NCBI GenBank assembly: GCA_050575255.1
Contig: JBNZDD010013664.1
Location: 2,845,481-2,909,480, forward strand
DNA length: 64,000 bases
Direction of reading: 5' to 3'
Source: Harriotta raleighana
Lineage: Eukaryota
Below, one piece after another: positions 11,010 to 24,159 of this stretch (within the stretch, counting starts at the first letter, position 1; the number at the start of each line of letters is the position of its first letter). The notes under the pieces were generated by a model. That model saw nothing but the letters and a program-made list of their open reading frames with translations. It did not search any database and had not been told where the DNA came from. The translations under genes were made by a program, and so were the position numbers.

Positions 11010-13321
11010 ATTTAAATGTTTTATTTTTGCCATTCAATGTAACGTGAAGTACAAGAGCAAAAAACCCTTTATACACAGCCACAATTTGTGTACTTATTAA
11101 TACAAGACACATTAACAAGAGTAAGATTCTATCAATTCATTTTACTACATTCCCACTTTTAAAAGATTTAAAACAGTTATGGACGGCAATTCTACTCGAT
11201 ATATTTGGCATTTTCTAGTGACAGATACAACCAGCATCTACAGAGGGCATTTCACATGGAATTATTACATCAGAAAGTGCTTTCATGAAGGGGGCAGAGT
11301 GAGCATATCACAGAGTGAAAGTGTTAAAGCACAAGATAATCAGAATTGCATTAAAGATTAGTGTATTCATCTAAAATTGCTTAATTTGGTTATGAAAATT
11401 ATTTGCTTTGGGTTACACATTGCTTGAAATGCATTTAATGTGCAAACATTAAAAAAAGGATTCTACCATTAATTCTAGGCTTTAGGGAGCATACCTGCCT
11501 CCTGACATCACACATTTCTCAAAGTTGTTCATGTTAGCAAGTGTTAAGGCAAGGATGTGGGATATCGAATGCAACCATGCAGCTATACCTAATGCATCGG
11601 TCCAAGAGGTTAGATGCTCATTAATAAATTTGAAATTGACAGACATACATGCACATTACTGGGGAAACGACACACTTGTGACCCCAGAGATCACCATCAA
11701 TCTCCAAATTTGGGCATTTCAACTCGCTGGATCTTACTGAGAAAACCCGTTACACTATCACTGGTTGTCATTTGCCACTTGGTCAATGCAGCCCTCATCT
11801 TTATTCCACCATTAATTTGCCTGCACCCAACATGGATTAGTTGAATTATTAATTTGAGGACATTGATCTGAAGACGGGCAGAAATACATATCTCGTTTCC
11901 ATACATCAACAGGACTTAAGAGCAGTCCACAAGCTCAATAGGAAGTGGAATTGAAATGGGCCAAACACTGGGGAGTCTTTGCAGTTTCACCCATTGATTA
12001 GATATGAATGCATGGCCCACATGTGAAGAGCATGTGGCATTAATCCCTCATAAATAGACTCCCTTTGGACAGTGACCCAAATCCCAAATGAAAAAGCCAC
12101 TACATTTACTATTGTTGCCCAGGAACCACTTGTAGTATAGGGAGTGCTCAATGAAAACAAACTCAAGTGACATTCTTCATTTAGCAACATTGGAAAGATT
12201 CAATATGTCAAATACAAACAAGATCATTTTTCAAAGTGCTTTTACCCCACTTCCCAGGAAAGAACAGACAGGACCCTGGGGTAAACAGGAGACATGCCAA
12301 GAGTATTGAAGAATCTACTTCCGTTAAAAAAAGTCTGCAAAACATTTACAGCCATGCTTCTTATTGTCTGCAAAGGGCTCAAAGCAGCACAAATACTTGA
12401 CATATGAACTATACAAGACAAGCACAGATAACAGAAGTTATCCATACAGCAGCACAACTATCAATCATTTATGATCACAATGACTGCAATATTTGCACAA
12501 CTGCTTTAACCGTTTGTTGGATGTACTATACATATACTGGCCACATGACTGGCAATAAGAAAACTATTTACATTTTTTACAGTAATTTAGTAACGATTGC
12601 TGTTCAATTGGGCAAGTTAAGATCCTTTGCAGAGCTTTCATGTTTGTTAATACTGTGCTAGCATTCCAAATTGCTGTGCAAAGCAAATCTTCATTTTGCA
12701 CTTCACAAATAAGCTCCCTTCGTACCCTCCCCCATTTCCTTCCTTGCCATCCAGAGGTAGACAAGACTGTTCTGATATCTATGCAGTTCACACAGGAACA
12801 GAGCCACAGTTATATCCATTTCCATCTAGAAAGTCACATTCTTTTCAATAGGACTTCACAACAAGGTGACTCCATTAGAGTGGAAAGGATCCAAACCAGT
12901 TGTGGCGCCTGCTCTCAATGTAAGGATTTCTTCACAGTCTTAATCACAGTTGTTGCCACAAGGGACAGTTGGCCACAGGAAAATCTGCATACAATTTTAG
13001 AAAGTGCTCAACAGGTTTGAATTAAATAGCTCAGAATGCACTATATTAATTAAAACTCAAAGCTATTTGAACAATTTGAATTTCATGATCACAGAATCCT
13101 GCCCTAAGAATAAAATATTTGTTATTTCGGTTGTAATGCAATAACTCCTTTAATTAATAAGTATAAAAAGGTCTGAAAAATAAGGCAAGCAAAAACTAAT
13201 CTTTCAACCTATGGCAGAAGATACAAAATAGATTTAACACAGGTCTTCTGTGAATACTTTGTGGTCAAACTCAGGTTTTAATCCCAGTCTGTTCTTTCAA
13301 CAACAGGACGACTGTTTCTGC
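11010..13321 (-). other. VAMP7: Probable VAMP7 3' UTR
   Basis: Repeat-free sequence after the stop, with a minus-strand AATAAA at 11020-11025. The end point is inferred. Confidence 0.55.
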
Positions 13322-13390
13322 TCATTTCTTGACGCAGTTTGGCCATGACAGTCCACCGCATGCAGCTGACACAATGATGTAAACGACAAT
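13322..13390 (-). CDS. VAMP7: Vesicle-associated membrane protein 7, last coding exon (end of TM domain and luminal tail)
   Basis: ttcag|ATT...AAA TGA; IVVYIIVSAACGGLSWPNCVKK*. Confidence 0.96.
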   Translation of the reverse strand: MVVYIIVSAACGGLSWPNCVKK

Positions 13391-15029
13391 CTGAAAAAAC
13401 AATGTTTGGGCAACACTGAAGCAAAGATTTCTTGAATTCTCCAGCCTGGTCGCTCTCTACTCAAATCCCAATTCCTTTAAGTCTCAAGACCCTCCTGTTC
13501 GATCGTGCCTTCAGTCATCCTCCTACCTCTCTGCTCTCCCTCACCCGAACCCCCCCCCACCATGCTCAGGAACTCACCCCTAACTGTTCAGCACCTTGGG
13601 ACCTCCTCCCAACGTGAAAGGAGCTCTCCAAATATAATTTTGTTCTTGTAATTCCCAGCACTCCATTGCAGTTTTTTTAATATACCCAATAATCCTTGCA
13701 TTTAATATAGCGCCTTATCACACCTTCGAGGCGTCTCAAAACATCTGTACTTTCTTCCAACTAAAGTGTGTTTACTGACTTGATCCTGTCCAATATTGTN
13801 AACCCCCCCCCACCATGCTCAGGAACTCACCCCTAACTGTTCAGCACCTTGGGACCTCCTCCCAACGTGAAAGGAGCTCTCCAAATATAATTTTGTTCTT
13901 GTAATTCCCAGCACTCCATTGCAGTTTTTTTAATATACCCAATAATCCTTGCATTTAATATAGCGCCTTATCACACCTTCGAGGCGTCTCAAAACATCTG
14001 TACTTTCTTCCAACTAAAGTGTGTTTACTGACTTGATCCTGTCCAATATTGTGGGTTATATAATTAAAATTTGACTCTTTGCCAGTTTATCCAACTGGAT
14101 AAATCATCATCATTTACCTATGAAAGGCATTCAAACTAGGCTTCATCATACTGATAGCCCTTTGAGACATCTAGAAGATGTGAAAGGATCAAATGAAAGA
14201 ATTATCATTATTAATGAGATGAAAGTGTCTTATTCTTCAAGATTATACTTGATACAAGACATCTCCCACATTGTAACACATGGGAAAGTTATCCAACTAT
14301 GAAGTAAGATTTGAGATCATGTCTTAAATGTTAAAGTCTGTGTAGAGATGAAAAATGAGCTCATCACCAAGTATGAGGAAGCCTCCCTAACCACCACTTA
14401 ATGTCTATCCTAACCCTCTGGCTACACATTTGGAAAAAGGAAATGCATGACTCAAATCAGCTTCATTACTCATGACTGTAGTTTGAGCCAAAAGTCTTCC
14501 CCTCCCAGCAGTTTTAAAGAAGTTACAATTTGAATTGGGAGCTTGGAAGCAGTTGTTACATGACGGGAGTGTAATTTGATAATTGTATATGAAGGGAGAG
14601 TCTAATAGATTCATTACCTGGTTTACTTCCACCAAAACATCTGGTCTCTTTCCCACCTCCCGCCCTCAGGATATCTGTATTTATTATATTTCTCACGTGC
14701 AAATTCCCCAAGAAACCAAATGATAACTGAATACCGACAGCAATAGAAAAGAACATTGCAAAACAGAAGGAAGCAGCAACACATTGGGAGCAAAGAAAGT
14801 GGGGTGAAAAGGGAGAGAGAGAGATGGTGAGGGACAAAATGGAAAAAAAAATCTCAATGATGTTGCAATTCTAATCCATACTACAAGGTCCCCAGAAGCT
14901 TGTATCTTTTCACTTTCCAATGAAAGTCTTGGCTCTTATGGAGGGAGGCACAGGCCACTGCAAGACAGCATAAGGTCATGTGGACATGAGTCATACCCGC
15001 ATCACACATGCAGAGAAGCGTATACTTAC

Positions 15030-15122
15030 AATAGCAACAATGACAATAATGAAGGTCAGTTTGAGGTTCTTCATACACATTGCTCTGGCCAGGTTTCGGC
15101 TGGTGGTTTTAAACGAGACCGA
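15030..15122 (-). CDS. VAMP7: VAMP7 coding exon 6
   Basis: cttag|TCG...ATT|gtaagt; SVSFKTTSRNLARAMCMKNLKLTFIIVIVAI (93 nt). Confidence 0.96.
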
Positions 15123-15937
15123 CTAAGGAAAGAAACCAAAGGGGAGGGGAGAAAAAGTCAAACCCTCACTCAGTAACAATTCAATAGAAATCTCCTTTCA
15201 AACACTAATGCTGCCTCATCTCACAAATTCAAAACTAGAGCCAACTCTAGTGCCGCCTTTCGATTCTTTTGATTAATTTTGGCCGCGCCATCCTCTGTGA
15301 TCTCAGGTGACATGCTTATACTATCCAACCCCAAACATAAAGCAGTCTTGGTGTTTGATTTTCTCCAGCAAGCATCATCTCTGAAACTCCATCCTGTGCT
15401 GGGCTAGAGATTGTGAACTTTGCAAAACCTAGCAAAGGCAAGGCTCTATGGTGCTGTTATTTCCAGGGCTCACAGAATCACCAGTTTTAGCCAGGCTCCA
15501 CTAGCTCCCTATCACTGAACGGATCAGATTTCAAGATCCTCACACTCACTTTCAAATCCCTTCATGCCCTGGCACCTCCCTACTTCTCCAACTTGCTGCC
15601 TCTGCTCAACTGGCTCCAGCCTTCTGCACGTCCCTTGTGTCCTCTGTTCCACCACTCTCTGACACAACTTTGATACGATTCTGTATGAGCACATCAAACC
15701 TCGGCTCAAGCTCATCCAGCATGCTTCTCCTCAGTTCCACTGCAATATTAATGCAGTAAAGCTCCAGACTCCATCATTGAACTTACATCCACTCAGAGCA
15801 AAAGATTTCCATTGGTCCATTGCAGTAGTGCAATATGAACAGATTTGTGCTCAATTAAACCATTCCCACCCAGACACCCTCGGAAAGGAACCAATTTTAG
15901 TAACATTTTGAAGCATATAAAAATATTTGAGACTCAC

Positions 15938-16005
15938 CGAATCTACTAGGTTCTCAGTTTTGTCAATTAAAAGCTCTAATTTTTCCCCTCTTTGAGCCAC
16001 CAAAT
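15938..16005 (-). CDS. VAMP7: VAMP7 coding exon 5 (R-SNARE motif)
   Basis: tgcag|AT...TCG|gtgagt; DLVAQRGEKLELLIDKTENLVDS with the zero-layer Arg (68 nt). Confidence 0.97.
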
Positions 16006-18219
16006 CTGCAGATGGGAAAAAGTACCAAGTCAAGCCACAAAGAAAACTCGTTAAAAAAAAACAACCAAAATTTGGTTATTTCTAACTAAAGTACATACAA
16101 AACACATTTCAATTCCGACAAACGGGATTGTTACGTAAAAACAGCCTTTGGTACACATTTGTTGAACTTGGAAAACTAAAGAAAACCACAACATTTGTTC
16201 CACATGTTTTCACATCTAACTTAAGCTGTTCTTTAAATTGAACATTTTACTGGAAATCATGGATAAACACTCTTACCAAGAGATCAATCAATCAAAATCA
16301 ACATTTTATTTATATAGCGCCTTTCACGTCGGGAGGACGTCCCAAAGCGCTGTACAGCCAAGTAGAGGGGGAGGCCTCAGGGAAAGGAGTAGGAAAAATT
16401 GACTGTATATTTGTGGGTGAAACGCGGCAGCCAAATTGCGCACAGNNNNNNNNNNNNNNNNNNNNNNNNNNNNNNNNNNNNNNNNNNNNNNNNNNNNNNN
16501 NNNNNNNNNNNNNNNNNNNNNNNNNNNNNNNNNNNNNNNNNNNNNNNNNNNNNNNNNNNNNNNNNNNNNNNNNNNNNNNNNNNNNNNNNNNNNNNNNNNN
16601 NNNNNNNNNNNNNNNNNNNNNNNNNNNNNNNNNNNNNNNNNNNNNNGGGAAGAAAGGGGGGGGAGAAAGGGGGACAAGGGGGAAATCAGGGAGGGCAAAG
16701 AGGGAGAAATGTTGGTAAGGGGGAAGAGTGGGTAGGAGGCAAAACCAGGGGGAAAGGGGGTGTNGAGAAGAATAAAAAGGGGGAAAAATCAGGGGGCAGG
16801 GGGAGTTTAAACAACAACAAACAACATCAACAATAATAAACAAAAAAGTAAATAACAATCAACAATAATAAACAAACACAACAACAATAGAAAACACAAC
16901 AACAACAACAACTAATGACTGTCCAGCCACCGCTCCCTGTCCTCAAGAAAAAAGTCAACAACTTCACTTAATATTGTACTGAAGTGCCACAATTAACAAC
17001 TCAAAGCAGCAGGAAAGAGGGAATTCGATAAAGCTCAAACATTGTGTATGTAATCATGGACTTGCACGGACCCTGGTTTTGTTATTTTAGTTAAGAATGG
17101 CTCATTTCATCCTTGACCAGCTAAATAATCAATATTACCTGTACAGCAACTTACAATATAGAGACTGTAGTAATAATANNNNNNNNNNNNNNNNNNNNNN
17201 NNNNNNNNNNNNNNNNNNNNNNNNNNNNNNNNNNNNNNNNNNNNNNNNNNNNNNNNNNNNGAAGGGGGAGGGGTCAGGGTAGGGAGAAAAAAGGGGGAAG
17301 GGGGAAAAAGGTAGGGACCAGAGCGGGGGGGGAGGGGTCATGGTAATNAAAGGTAGGGACCAGAGCGGGGGGGGAGGGATCATGGTAATGGAAGGAGTAG
17401 GAAAATTGACTGTATTTGTGGGCGAAACGCGGCAGCCAAATCGCGCACAGCAGTGTCCCCACAAACAATCGTGGAAGTGAGGGGGCCAGGGATGAAAGGG
17501 GGAAAGAGGGTAAGGGGGAAAGTGGGTAAGGGGAGGGTTGGGTTAGGAGGAAGAGAGCAGGAAAACCAGGTGTATATTTGTGGGCGAAACACTGATAAAG
17601 CCTAACAAGGAGGGTTCTCTTCACTGGACAAGCAGCGAGAAAGCTTGCCAGATAGTGCCATCAATGGCAAACTATGCAGTTTAACTGGTTAGACTCCAGC
17701 AGTTACCACATCAGACAATCTGGGTTCCCCAAACCTTGGCTCCTGCCATCCTGCGCCTAATACTTACCAAAATAATGCAACTGAAATTCTCAATTTGGTT
17801 TGGACACTCTTAAGCAGGTGATGGGCTTCTGCATGTGTCAGAGATGTACCTGACCTCACCCCCCCGCCCCCCAAAAACAGGTAATACTGATAGCTCAATG
17901 GTGTGGCGTGATTTGCTTGGGTGCAGCTGCAGGCTGGCATCATATATTCCAGCAATGGTTTGTTGGCTTGTTGAATCTCAATTGGGTACTCAATCACTGG
18001 ACCACAGGAGTCAAGCTACCCGTAGCCTANTTCGAGCAATGGTTTGTTGGCTTGTTGAATCTCAATTGGGTACTCAATCACTGGACCACAGGAGTCAAGC
18101 CTGTGGAGCAGTAAGGCACGTTCTGCCAGGGAACAGTGTGAGGCAATGGTACTCTGTGACAGAGACAACCTTCATTGAACCCATTTCAAAAAGGCAAAGT
18201 TCCACATTTTCAGACATAC

Positions 18220-18310
18220 CAATATTTCGAACCATGATTCCTTTCAATTCATCTACTTGCACCTGTGTCTCTATAAGACGGTCTGTACTCTTGGTTTCCG
18301 AGAGGTGTCT
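18220..18310 (-). CDS. VAMP7: VAMP7 coding exon 4
   Basis: ttcag|AGA...ATT G|gtatgt; RHLSETKSTDRLIETQVQVDELKGIMVRNI (91 nt). Confidence 0.96.
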
Positions 18311-20296
18311 CTGAAAAGAAATTAAAATATTCAAAAATCTATGCCAACAATTCATGCATTTTATACAGTATCTTTCATGTCCGAACGACATCAAAGCACT
18401 TCTCAGAATACATACTAAAAATGCAGTGACCATTTGTAAGAGCAAGTGGCAGCCAATTTACATGCAATAATCAGCCATGAATTGAATGGCTAGAGGATTG
18501 TTAGTCAGATAACATCCCTTCTCTGTTAAAAAGTGCCGTGGGAAATTTGATGTCCACTGGGATAGACAGAGGGGAATGTCAATTTAATGTTCTGTTTTAA
18601 GGACACCCCATCCTCCTATTAATGCAGCACATCCCAGCACTGAATTGGACTGTCAGCCTAGCTTTTGTCCACAGGCTTCAATACAACACCAACAATCTGC
18701 TCTTTTAAAGACACAACATCATTAAAGCACTAACTTTAAGAATAATGCTGCACATTAGCGATTAGTTCACATTATTCCATGAGACCATAGAATCTAATGC
18801 AATCCACTAGATTGCAAGACTATTTTTTGCCAATTATTATTTGGGCTCCAAGTTTCCATTTCTACATTTAAACTAACTATTTCTAATTAATCTTATCTTG
18901 TTCAATGCATCACAAACACAAATTGTTGATGGATTGAACCAAATACCCTCTATGCTATCTTTATTAAATTAGTACCACTATAACACAGTTTGAAGATAGA
19001 TGCACAACACTGATTACTTAACAATGAGAATCATGAGCCAGAAGACCGATAGCTGGTTTGGTCATCACTGATAAGATAACAGCATTAAACAATTGAGAAC
19101 AAGACATTCTTTCTTCAAAGGCTATGATTGGAACAAAAAAAAGAGATCAAACACAAGTCATTACTTTGTACCAAAGCAAGGCATGTACACACAAGCACAT
19201 ATTCCACTTTGTCCATGTGTTTTTCCTGCAGTATAGAAGAGGTCAAGATTTTTAATGTACTAGTTTCAGTCTCAATCCTATTTGTTGTTGCCCATATTAG
19301 TTGCCTGGGTACCAATAAAGGTGCTGACATTACCTGCAGTTGGGTAGCAATTATAGCCAATGCCTACATAAATGAGTCCTGTCCAGTGAAACTCCTCTTA
19401 AAGCTGCAGAAGGGGCTTCAGCAAACTATTTTCACTGATACATCAGAGCACTACTTTGTTCTCACCTGATGTAATAATAATACATTTGATTATAGCGATT
19501 TTCATGTCTTCTAGATGTCTCAAAGCACTTCACAGAATATACTGTAATGTTAATTGACTATATATTTGTGGGCATATGTACATACAGATATGGAGGTCAC
19601 TAAACAGAAGCACTTGGGAGAGGAATACTGACAGTAATTTTCCCACGAGCAGAAGCTACTAACTTGGCAAAGACTGAGAAATCTATGACATTTTCTAGAT
19701 TGTATGGGTTAGTGCTATCCCTGAGCTATTTCTTTAGCAGTGAGGCAAGCAAGTAAACATTCATATTAATGCAGGGTACAATGTTGCAACACCTTGGGAC
19801 GTCCTCTTGATGTGAAAGGCACTCTATAAATGTAATTTTGTCGTTGTGTTACATTGCGGATTGACCACAACAAAGTGATGTCCACCGGGATAGGCAGAGG
19901 GGAATGTCAATTCCAAGGACAATGCACTTCGCTGAAACTGAAAACAAACTGGAGGACAAAGTCTACAAAAAACGCTGATTTGATTGATTTTAACAGGATG
20001 CTTCAAAAGGAAAACTGGTTTAACAAGCAACTCAATTATGCACCAACTCACTCAGTGCACACAGCTATAACTAAGGCATTTCACTACAAATACTGGTTTG
20101 TATAACTACAAGGATCAACACCAAAAACGTTCACCGAGCTCACATTGTACGACTATAGGTAAGACGGAGGCTATGAAAGGATTCAGAGAGAACAACAATG
20201 CCAGATTTTACAACAGTCACAAAGATAAATATACAATTACTACACAAAACAGTTTATGGGCATCTCTGAGTTGAAAGCTGCCTGCCAGGTACTCAC

Positions 20297-20434
20297 CATC
20301 TGTGCAGACAACACATTGGAGAATTCACTGTTCATTGCAAATGGCAGTGCTGTCTGAGCTCTTGAACCATATGTGGTTTGAAACCTTTTTTTGATTTCAT
20401 TTAGAAAACAGAAGGCTTTGGACCTTTCAAAATC
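20297..20434 (-). CDS. VAMP7: VAMP7 coding exon 3 (longin domain)
   Basis: gcag|GAT...ATG|gtgagt; DFERSKAFCFLNEIKKRFQTTYGSRAQTALPFAMNSEFSNVLSAQM (138 nt). Confidence 0.97.
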
Positions 20435-20763
20435 CTGCACAACAATAAAGGAGAGAATATAATTGGAACTGATGAATTTCTCTTGAAATACCTCTATCTC
20501 ATTCTTCGCAAATCTCACCTGAAGACCTAATTGACTATACCCAAGGGCCATTTCCCTTCACAGCTCTCTCTCAGCTCAGCGTTTCCAAAAGGCTTTTGAG
20601 ACATACTCCCAACATGTACAAGTGTAAATGGTTATTCAAATAAACCTCAGAACTAAATAGCAACATTTTTAAATTAAAAAATTGAAATGAATATTTTTAC
20701 AAATAAATGTTAGAAACCAATGAGCCAATTCCTTCCGCTGCTCCATCTTCTGAATACCTAATA

Positions 20764-21474
20764 CAGTAAAACATTGTTTATCTGGCACCCACAGGACCTG
20801 GCGAATGGCGGTTAAACGGTTAAAAAAAAGAAAATCTAAAANTATCTGGCACCCACAGGACCTGGCGAATGGCGGTTAAACGGTTAAAAAAAGAAAATCT
20901 AAAAAAAAATATTTTAACACAGTAATAACAGAATACCAGCTCCCACCCTGTGCAAACACAGGAAGCTGCAGTCCGCACGCCGCTAACCCTCAGCGAGGGG
21001 AAGACACGGTTGATTACTGTGAAGCCTTCTTGAGAAGTATTTTGAATAGGCTGGACTTACAGAGAGAGTATACATACATACACGTAAATGTTGAACAATA
21101 CTATATAAATAATAGACTAAATACCTAATAACAGATACTATACTAACAAATTATTCTATTAGTATGTTATAATTTATACTTAATTTCTACAATGGCTGCC
21201 AAAGTAGGTTAAAAAAAAAGGAAAAACGGCTTTTTTTTAAGCAAACGGTAGTATTGCGAGTTTTGAAAAAAACTTAAGTAGCGCGACTTTAGGCTCAACT
21301 AGTGGCCACCGATACAACTGCAGCAATACTTGCGTGCGGGAATCCATTCATTAAATGCATCTTTTCTATTCTGCTGGATAACTTCCGGTTCATCGAATCG
21401 GGACTTGTTTTTTGAGATAGCGATTGAACGGGTTTTCCCGGTTCATCGAATCATGGATAAATGAGGTTTTACTG
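20764..21474. mobile_element. Tc1/mariner (Tigger/pogo-like) non-autonomous element
   Basis: TA|CAGTAAAACATTGTTTATC...GGATAAATGAGGTTTTACTG|TA: terminal inverted repeats with TA duplication. Confidence 0.8.
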
Positions 21475-21873
21475 TATGTAGGTGCCATAATGGGAATCGG
21501 ATGCAAACTTGAAGAGAAAAAACATTACAAGGACGAGGGAGTAGGACTGAATGGGTAGTTCTTTCAAAGAGCCTGCACAGGCACGATGGGCCAAATGGCC
21601 TCCTGCTTTACTGTTATAGTCAACATGGACCAGGTTTCTCCAAGACAAAGCATCTTGAGATTGTAATCTATAATCAGACAAGTTAAAAACACGCCCACAG
21701 CATTCCGCAGTTGGTGTCAAACTCACTATTGAAAATTGCATTTGGAAAACTAGCTACTTTCTAAAACCAGAGAACATACAGCAAATCTCCCCCTGCCCCC
21801 TCCCAATATCCCATGTAGACTACAAACTTTGTATAATCACAATTTGAATATTAAACCAAGATTCCAGACTTAC

Positions 21874-21931
21874 ATCATCGGTGATACACAGGTAGATTAT
21901 CCTATCCTGGCAAATATAATGAAATAAGTAA
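21874..21931 (-). CDS. VAMP7: VAMP7 coding exon 2 (longin domain)
   Basis: acag|T TAC...GAT|gtaagt; YLFHYICQDRIIYLCITDD (58 nt). Confidence 0.97.
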
Positions 21932-22004
21932 CTGTGGAGAAAGAAAAGATGGTTAGTTAAGCAGCAGTAGCTTCATCATTTATTAATATTCTGTACATCG
22001 GGCT

Positions 22005-22212
22005 GCCCCACCACGGGGGTCGGGCCTTCAGCCACTCTGCTCTCACACCCTGGAACTCTATTCCATAGACCCTTCACCTCCTTGTCTCCTTCAAAGTACG
22101 TCTCAAGATCCTTCTCTACGACCGCACTGTTGCCCCAATCACCCAGTTCGGGCCCAAATCCTTGATTGTCCAGGGCCTTGATACATTCTCCTGACATGAA
22201 AGGCACCATACA
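22005..22212 (+). mobile_element. L2 LINE 3' end
   Basis: gggccttcagccactctgctctcacaccctggaactct...ttcaaa...ctcaagatc, followed by the tail gacatgaaaggcacc. Confidence 0.7.
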
Positions 22213-22760
22213 ACAACGACTTGGATTTATATAGCGCCCTCCACGCCGGACGGTGTCTCAGAGCACTTCACAGTAACGGATCCCGGAGCCAAGCCAGAGG
22301 GAGGGGCAAAAAGATGACCAAAAGTGTTGTTGAAAAGAAGCCTTTAGGCACGAACTGAAAATAGGAAAGGACAGGATGAGGAGAAGGGAGTGAAGGCACG
22401 GCTGCCAATGGTGCAACGGAGGATTGGGGGATAAGGAGGAGGTCTCGAGCAAAGGGATTGGGTGCTGTTGTGAGGAGAGGTCAGAGAGGTAGGTGGGTGC
22501 AGAGGAGTGGATAGATTTGAAAACTAGAGTGAGGATCTTGAAATCGATCCACCCTGAGACAGGCAGCCAGTGCAGTCTGGCAAGGACTGGGGTAATCGGG
22601 GAGCGAAGTTTTGTTTGTGTGAGAATGCAGGCGGCAGAATTTTGAATATCCTGGATTTTATGAATGGTGGTGGAGGGGAGACTGGTGAGAAGGGCATTGG
22701 AATAGTCCAGCCGAGAGGTGACAAAGGCATGGACCAGGGTTTTGGCATTTACATAATTAA
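22213..22760 (-). mobile_element. L2 LINE 3' portion (ORF2 C-terminus)
   Basis: ORF 22258..22809 contains [20 protein letters not shown]...IQNSAA...[13 protein letters not shown]...IDFKIL, the diagnostic L2 C-terminal motifs. Confidence 0.9.
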
Positions 22761-23739
22761 CGTAATTTGTTTTTGCTACTGTATGACAGATTGTTAATTT
22801 GGTCATCAAATGTCAAGAAAGGGTGGGAGTGAACAGAATTGTGCATTTTAAACATTTATTAATATGTAGCACACTTAAAACTAACAATCGTGTTATTCCC
22901 CTTCAACAAGTCAAATGAGGATCCACCATTAGCTCATTTATTGTTCACTGCCTTTCAATTTGGCTGCTTTAAAAAATTTCTCACTAGCCTTTCTTCATCT
23001 CTCAGGGGTGGTTTCCAGCTGAGAATGACGAATCCCGTTCTGTTCTAACATAGGATTGGTTTAGGGAGGTCCCAGCAGTTCCATGGATTTTGACCCTCAG
23101 CACAAAACTAGTCTCTAAATAAGCAAATAATTGGCAATAACATTCAAAGCTGCCACATAGTCAGTGTAAGAAAAGGCACAGGTGCAGCAGAGAATGTTGC
23201 AAGATTGAGTTAAGTCTTGTTTGTTGAACAAAAACAAATATGCTTACTTGCTGCATCCTTTCCACTTCAATGCAGACAACCCTCACTTTGTTGAGAACAA
23301 AAGATTTGTTGTTGCAAGAAATAAACTCACAAACCAGATTCTTTAGTTGTGTGTGAGCTCATCACATGGGTTACAAGGTTACAACTGTGGAAAGTTCAGA
23401 TAACACTGTAAACTGCAGCAACAAGCTCCAGCAGGTTCTAATCTCCTCTAGATTCACATCCGTACCCCCGCAGTTTGCCATGGTCATTTCACATCCCCAT
23501 CATCAATGTTACAGAACAGCTACAAATGTGTTGAATCTTTTCTACAATATAGCTATAATGGGCCACCTGACAGGAAGTATTCACTAAAATACATTGTTTC
23601 AGAGAAGCACATATTAAGAATTAATTAGACAAACTTGCATACAGTGCAGTATTCAAATTCTGCAAACTTATCACCAAATCACCCAGCATATGCATACCAA
23701 TAGGCTTCATAAGACCAAACTTCACAGTACAATACTTAC

Positions 23740-23885
23740 TTGCCATGGGAGTAGGTCAGTTTGTTGTTTTCTGATGGAATCTTTGCCAGTATCTGCTCAG
23801 TCACTTCCAAGAAATTCCCTCCACAAAAGGCATGTTTTGCAAGAATAGTGGTTCCACGAGCAACTACTCCAAACAAGATAGCCAT
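23740..23885 (-). CDS. VAMP7: VAMP7 coding exon 1 (start codon, longin domain)
   Basis: tttag|agcagccATG; MAILFGVVARGTTILAKHAFCGGNFLEVTEQILAKIPSENNKLTYSHG..|gtaagt. All exons sum to 663 nt = 220 aa + stop. Confidence 0.97.
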
Positions 23886-24159
23886 GGCTGCTCTAAAAAT
23901 GTCACAAGATACAAAGTCAGGATTCAGTCAAGCTACAATTAAAACAAAACTAATGTGGCGTACCTCTTGTTGAAGGGGAATATCACACAGTTTCGGTTTT
24001 AAGTACGCTACATTTTAATAAATGTTTAAAATGCACATATCTCTTCACCCGCCACCCTTTCTTGACATATTGGATGACCAAATTAACAAACCTAATAAGA
24101 TCTTGTCTGATATTCTATCCTAATTCCATTTACCTGCCCTATCCCCATATCCCTTAATC

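Noticed and set aside
16310-17624. Long ORFs spanning N runs
   Set aside because: They are open only because of Ns and low-complexity purine-rich, probably low-quality, flanks.
17835-18314. 159-aa ORF with an internal peptide repeat
   Set aside because: The repeat straddles a single N (assembly overlap), and the ORF is antisense to a VAMP7 exon.
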